From Lama guanicoe (Eukaryota): a stretch of 64,000 nucleotides of DNA. Under the pieces are notes generated by a model, which was not told where the DNA came from, made no database searches, and saw only the letters and a program-made list of their open reading frames with translations. Both the position numbers and the translations under genes were made by a program. Each line of letters begins with the position of its first letter. The first letter of the stretch is position 1. This document shows positions 59,234-64,000 of this stretch, in pieces. The DNA lies in assembly GCA_013239625.1 (NCBI GenBank), contig MU053561.1, positions 5,005,214 to 5,069,213 on the forward strand, written 5' to 3'.

Positions 59234-59700
59234 AATCAGCATTCTTGGTTGCAGATAACAGAGTCCACATCAACTAGCTTAAACAGAAAAGGAAGTTATG
59301 AAAGTATATTAGATAATTCAAAGAATCTCTAGAAGAGCCAGAGAGTGGGCTCAGAAGCTCCACAGTCAGGGACAATGCCCCAAACATCCTTCAGGGTCTT
59401 CCTATTTAGACACCACTGTCCCAGTCACTCACAAACTCTCACTGATGATGCAGAGGACTGGATACAGGAAGTTCCACCATCCTCATCCATTGAGAGCTGA
59501 AACCTCCACCACCTCTCTTACCAAAAAAAAAAGAAAAAAAAAAGGTAGATTCTTCTTTCTCCTGTGGTTCACTCCTGAACTAAAGCCTCTAGGATTCAGC
59601 TAGCTGGTAGATTCATGTATCTGTGTCTGAGCTGCAAGGGAAGCTAAAAGAAGGGGTTGTACTTCTGACTTCTGTCTTCAAGAGGCAGTATCAAATTTCC
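59234..59700 (-). mobile_element. Old MaLR LTR (MLT1J/K/L-like)
   Basis: Motifs ttcttggttgcagataacaga...ctagcttaaacagaaaagga and gagctgcaagggaagct. Confidence 0.6.
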
Positions 59701-59859
59701 CAAAGATAGAAAAGCGTCCAAAAGTTGGTAAGGGATTTCTCTTTTTCTTTCCACCCCTCTTCCTCTTCCCTTCCCCCCCACAACAATTCAGTTTAAAAGC
59801 ATTAGATGGGCCAAACAAATTTGATTCCCTAGTCTGCACTAGGGAAGGGAAAGTAGCTG

Positions 59860-62066
59860 TGGTGTCTCAGAATGGGATGCCAGAGCCTAACTGAGGTGAG
59901 GTCGTCTACACCGGGGAGGAGGTAGGTGTCCAGTGCAGAGTATAAGGGCCTGAGTGGGGTGAGGAAAGCATCAGAAAGGGAGGGTGGGAAGACAGGACAG
60001 TGGACCCTGAGCAGGGTAAGGAAGGAGGTGTCCCTGCAAGATAGTGTCAGAGTCTAAAAGCATGAGGATGACATGCATGTGCGGACAACCCAGTGCAAGG
60101 TGTCAAAACCTGAGCAGGGTAAAGGGGGATTTTGCATGAAGAGGTGACCTGGGGCAGGGTGTCAGAGCCTGAGAGGAGTGAGAAGGATATTCACGTGGGG
60201 GTAGGGACATCCCAGCATGAGTATTTGAGCTTTCGAGGACTGAGGAGGGTTTGGGTATGGGGGTGGCCCAATATGTAGGTTTGGAACCAAGACAAGGTGA
60301 TGAGGCATCCACACAGGAGGCAGCTGCAGTGACTCAGCAAGGAGGGGACAGCAACAAGAGACTGGCTACATGTAGGGATATTGAGCAAATAAGTAAATTA
60401 ATATTAAGCATAATGGAACTAGGTTTCTCCCTGTTGGAGATGGGAGTTATAAATATGGTAAGGGAGAAAACCAGAATCAACACTGTGGTTTGAAACTTGA
60501 AGTATAGGTATTGGTGTGAATTCATGGGTTTCAATATAATTAGACAATTAAATACATATGTAACTATGTGCACACACACACATGTGTATGTGATCATGCA
60601 CGTGCATACTCCAGCTGTCTCCAGAGAGAACAGCAACACCTCCAGTGTGATGAGCACCTGCAGCACCAAGATGGTGGGTTCTAGGTACCATTCTCAAGTA
60701 AAAGAACCAGAGCTTCTTAGAGAAATAGCTAATTCCATGATATCTTAGTTTGCCTGGGCTGCCATAACAAAATATCACAGACTGGTTGGCTTAAACAACA
60801 AAAATCTATGTATTAGAGTTCTGGAGTCTAGAAGTCCAAGATCAAGGTGCTGCCTGATTCCATTCCTGGTGAAGTCTTTCTTCTTCATTTGCTAAAAGCT
60901 GCCTTCTCTCTGTGTCCTTACATGGCAGAGAGAAAGGAAGCTCTCTGGTGTCTCTTCTTATAAGAACAATGATTGTATCTCATCAAGACCCCACCTTAAT
61001 GATCTAATTATTTAGCCATAATTACTTCCTTATAGACCCTGTCTCCAAATACAGTCACTTTCAGGGTTAGGGCTTCAAGATATAAATTTGGGGGCACAAT
61101 TCAGTCCATAGCACATAACTGGAACAGGGAAACTATAAGTTGAGCCTGGAACATCTTGTTTTTCCAAAAAGTAAGGAAGTGCTCAAAGAATGATGAAGAT
61201 GTGTCACAAAAAAAGAAGGAAAAAAGTCACAGAATTCAGTTTAAAGGAATCACAATGACAAAATCTAGGGGGAAAAGTCATCATAGCAACACATTATAAC
61301 CTTTGAATAAAACAGAATAAAACAAAAACCCATGAGGGTTTCACTACTGATATAAATAAATAAAAATGAATTGAATTAAAGTTTGATAAGGAAAGAGATA
61401 GTTACATAGTATCTAAGTACCTCCTCACAAAATATTAATTACAAAGGAAAAAGGCCTAACTTTGTAGTGGAGAGGACCAGTAGCCATCATCTCAATTAAG
61501 TGATCAAAGTTAACACCATCTGCAGTGGAACAAACAGAAATCCTCGGCCACGTGGTAAGGCTGTAATGAGAATAACATAGCATCACTCCTGTGGTACGTG
61601 TACAAAAAGTTCACAACCTAAATACAATCAAGAAGAAACAGCAGACAAACCCAGTTGAAGGACAGTCAACAAAGAAATTGGCCTGTAATCTTCAAGAGTG
61701 CTAAGATCATGAAAATCAAGGAAAGATTTAGGAAAGTCTTCCAAATTAAATGAAGAGACATGACAGAAAACACAACATGTAATCTTCAATTGAATCCTTT
61801 CACTAAAATAAACACTATCAGAACAATCAGTGAAACTTGAATAGGGTCTGTAGCAGTGTATCTGAGTCTCTCTATTTTGAAAGTTATGTTGTGATTATGT
61901 GGGAGAATATTCTGTTTCGTAGAAAATACACAATAAAGGATCTGAGGCTGATGAGACACCATGCTGACAACTTCCTCCCAAATGATTCAGAAAAACTGCT
62001 CTTCGAACTGTACTTGCAACTCTCCTGAGTGTGAAGTTATTTCAAAGGAAAAAAGAAATTTAAAAA
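59860..62066 (+). mobile_element. Ancient L1 (L1MC/MD-like) 3' region, interrupted by a MaLR LTR
   Basis: Resembles old L1M 3' UTR motifs (gatattgagcaaataagtaaa; gagcctggaacatcttg; gatcaaagttaacacc) and ends in an A-rich tail near 62066. Confidence 0.65.
60741..61113 (-). mobile_element. Solo MaLR LTR (MLT1A-like)
   Basis: Begins tatcttagtttgcctgggctgccataacaaaat and ends attcagtccatagca, 373 bp. 5-bp flanks CATGA/CATAA. Confidence 0.85.
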
Positions 62067-63539
62067 GGGAACCAGGGAATCGTAACGTGGCAAGTGTGTA
62101 CTCCACACCCAACGTCGCCACTTTTCTCTCACGATCCAGCCAACGACCTTGCTTCCTCCTCAACAGGGAGTCAGGGTTGACTTCCTCCACCTCCTCACAA
62201 ATGCAGCTTCCGTTCCTTTATTTCCATCTTCACCGCCTTCCCTCTGGGTCAGTGAAAGTGGTGTCCGTCCCCGTCCAAGGCCAGCTCTGCCACGTCCACC
62301 TGAGGCCCCACCTCTCCTTCCTCCCCCTCCTCCAGAGTGCCATTGCACCAGTCAGTCTTCCCAACCCTTCATCTTGAGCCTCCTCTCTCTCTCTATTGGC
62401 TCTGTCCCTTCAAAAACAAACCAGGCTCACATATCTCCCACTGTTACATTTTTTCAAAGTCCTCTCCCTTCTTCCACGGTTACTATTTCAGACCCTCATC
62501 GTTTTCCTCAAGCCCACCGTTTCATCAAGGATTCTTAATTAAAGGCAGCAGAACCCACTCTAGTAATTAGAAAAATGATTAGCTATTATTCGGGAACTCA
62601 TACTATCTCTGGGAGTACCAAAGAGTCGAACCGCAAAGGTGTGGGACTAGAAACAACTCCGCGAGCCTCCCTTACCATCCTCTCTCCCTCATTTCACAGC
62701 CAAACCTTTTGCGCACAAATTCTTCCTCTACTGCTTCCACTGCCTTCCTCCCCTCACTCTCTGCCCTCACCTTCTGCTGAAATTATCTTTGCCCAAATCT
62801 CTGGCAACCAACTACCTGCTAAGTACATGGACTCTTTTCTATTCTTACCCTCCTGGAAATATTTACAGCATCTGGGCTGTTGTTCCTCCTGACCCTTTCT
62901 CCTCACCTGATCTCCCTATTGCCTCCACCCGCCTCGCCCACCACAGGTTTTCCTCCTCCGTCTCTGGCTGGCCCTTCTCACTCGCCCAGCTCATAAATGC
63001 AGGCACTCCTCAGACCCATGTTGTCATTTTTTTCTCCTGTCAGTGTGTACATCTTCCTAGGTGCCCATTCACTTCACTGGCTTCAACTCCTACCCACACA
63101 CTGCTGGTTCCTGAGTCTTTGTCTCTAGCTCAGACTGTCCTGTGTTTCTGACCCATACATCGTGTCCAATGACCACCTAAGACTTCCACCAAGATGGCTC
63201 CCAAACATGTTGGCATCAGTATTACAAGTGAGAGAAAATCTGAAATGTTTTAAATGGCAAGGAAATGGATTGGACAGCCATAATACATGTGTGCTATTTT
63301 AAGCTGCTAAGTTTGTGACGATTTGTTATACAGCGTTAGAAAACCCATACAGCCGCTCTGAAGCAGGCAGATTATTCTGAAAGAAAGCTAAGCCATGCAA
63401 GCTATTCCATTTCCTAAACTCACCACCCAGATCACTGAGACAGGCCAGGACTGTTCACCTAATGAAAGTGCCACGCCATTGAAACCAGTGAGAAGGAAAA
63501 CCTTCCCCTTTCCCCTGACCCCTGTCTCAATATTTGGAA

Positions 63540-64000
63540 GAGTAGGAGAGAGAACTATTAGGAGGCTACAAGCACAGTTCAGGCAAGAGATGACGGTGGC
63601 CAGGATGGGGAGAAGCAAATAGATCTGAGACATATTTGGAAAATATATAAATGCCAGAGTCACTAACTGACTAGATTCAGAGGATGAGAAAGGAGAGATC
63701 CGGATGACTTCTGGGTTTCTGGCTTGAACAACTAGGGCTATGGTAATGCCACTAGCCAAGGCAGGAAATGCTGGAAAACGGACAGTTTGTGGGGAGAGTG
63801 AAATCTTAGAGTTTCATCCTGGACATGTTAAGTCTGAGCACCTGTGAGACATCCAAGGAGAGATGTCAGTTAGAGGGGGCTGGATGTGCCAATCTGGAAC
63901 TCAGAGAAGAAGTTGGGGCTGAAGTTATAAATGTATGAGTCATCAGCATAAAGATGTTATTTAAAGCCATGGAGAGGGAGAGAACCACCGGGGGGAGGAG
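63540..64000 (-). mobile_element. LINE-2 fragment running off the window end
   Basis: ggatgacttctgggtttctggcttgaacaactagg...ggacatgttaagtctgag...gagtcatcagcata...ttaaagccatgg. Confidence 0.75.

Overview
Mammalian genomic DNA, most likely camelid, inferred from four copies of a tRNA-derived SINE resembling the camelid vic-1 family. The only protein-coding gene I can support is the 3' part of synaptotagmin-6 (SYT6) on the + strand. It comprises three C2B-domain exons (16413-16533, 20308-20479, 21652-21802), a 69-nt exon ending the protein in GNPRL* (25413-25481), and a long last exon from 27071. That last exon carries its own in-frame SYT10-like coding tail and a 3' UTR to roughly 29.9 kb. The first 16 kb is SYT6 intron and includes a CpG-rich, promoter-like patch at about 14.1-14.9 kb. 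From 30 to 64 kb the window is intergenic and dense in L1, L2, MIR, MaLR/ERVL LTR and hAT fossils, several nested with readable target-site duplications. The most interesting structure is the set of options at the SYT6 C-terminus: two donors, a frame-preserving exon interrupted by one TGA 51 nt from the last junction, two in-frame acceptors near RBFOX motifs, and a possible intronic polyadenylation route. I found no convincing novel multi-gene system. Boundaries and subfamily names of old repeats are approximate and were recognised by eye.
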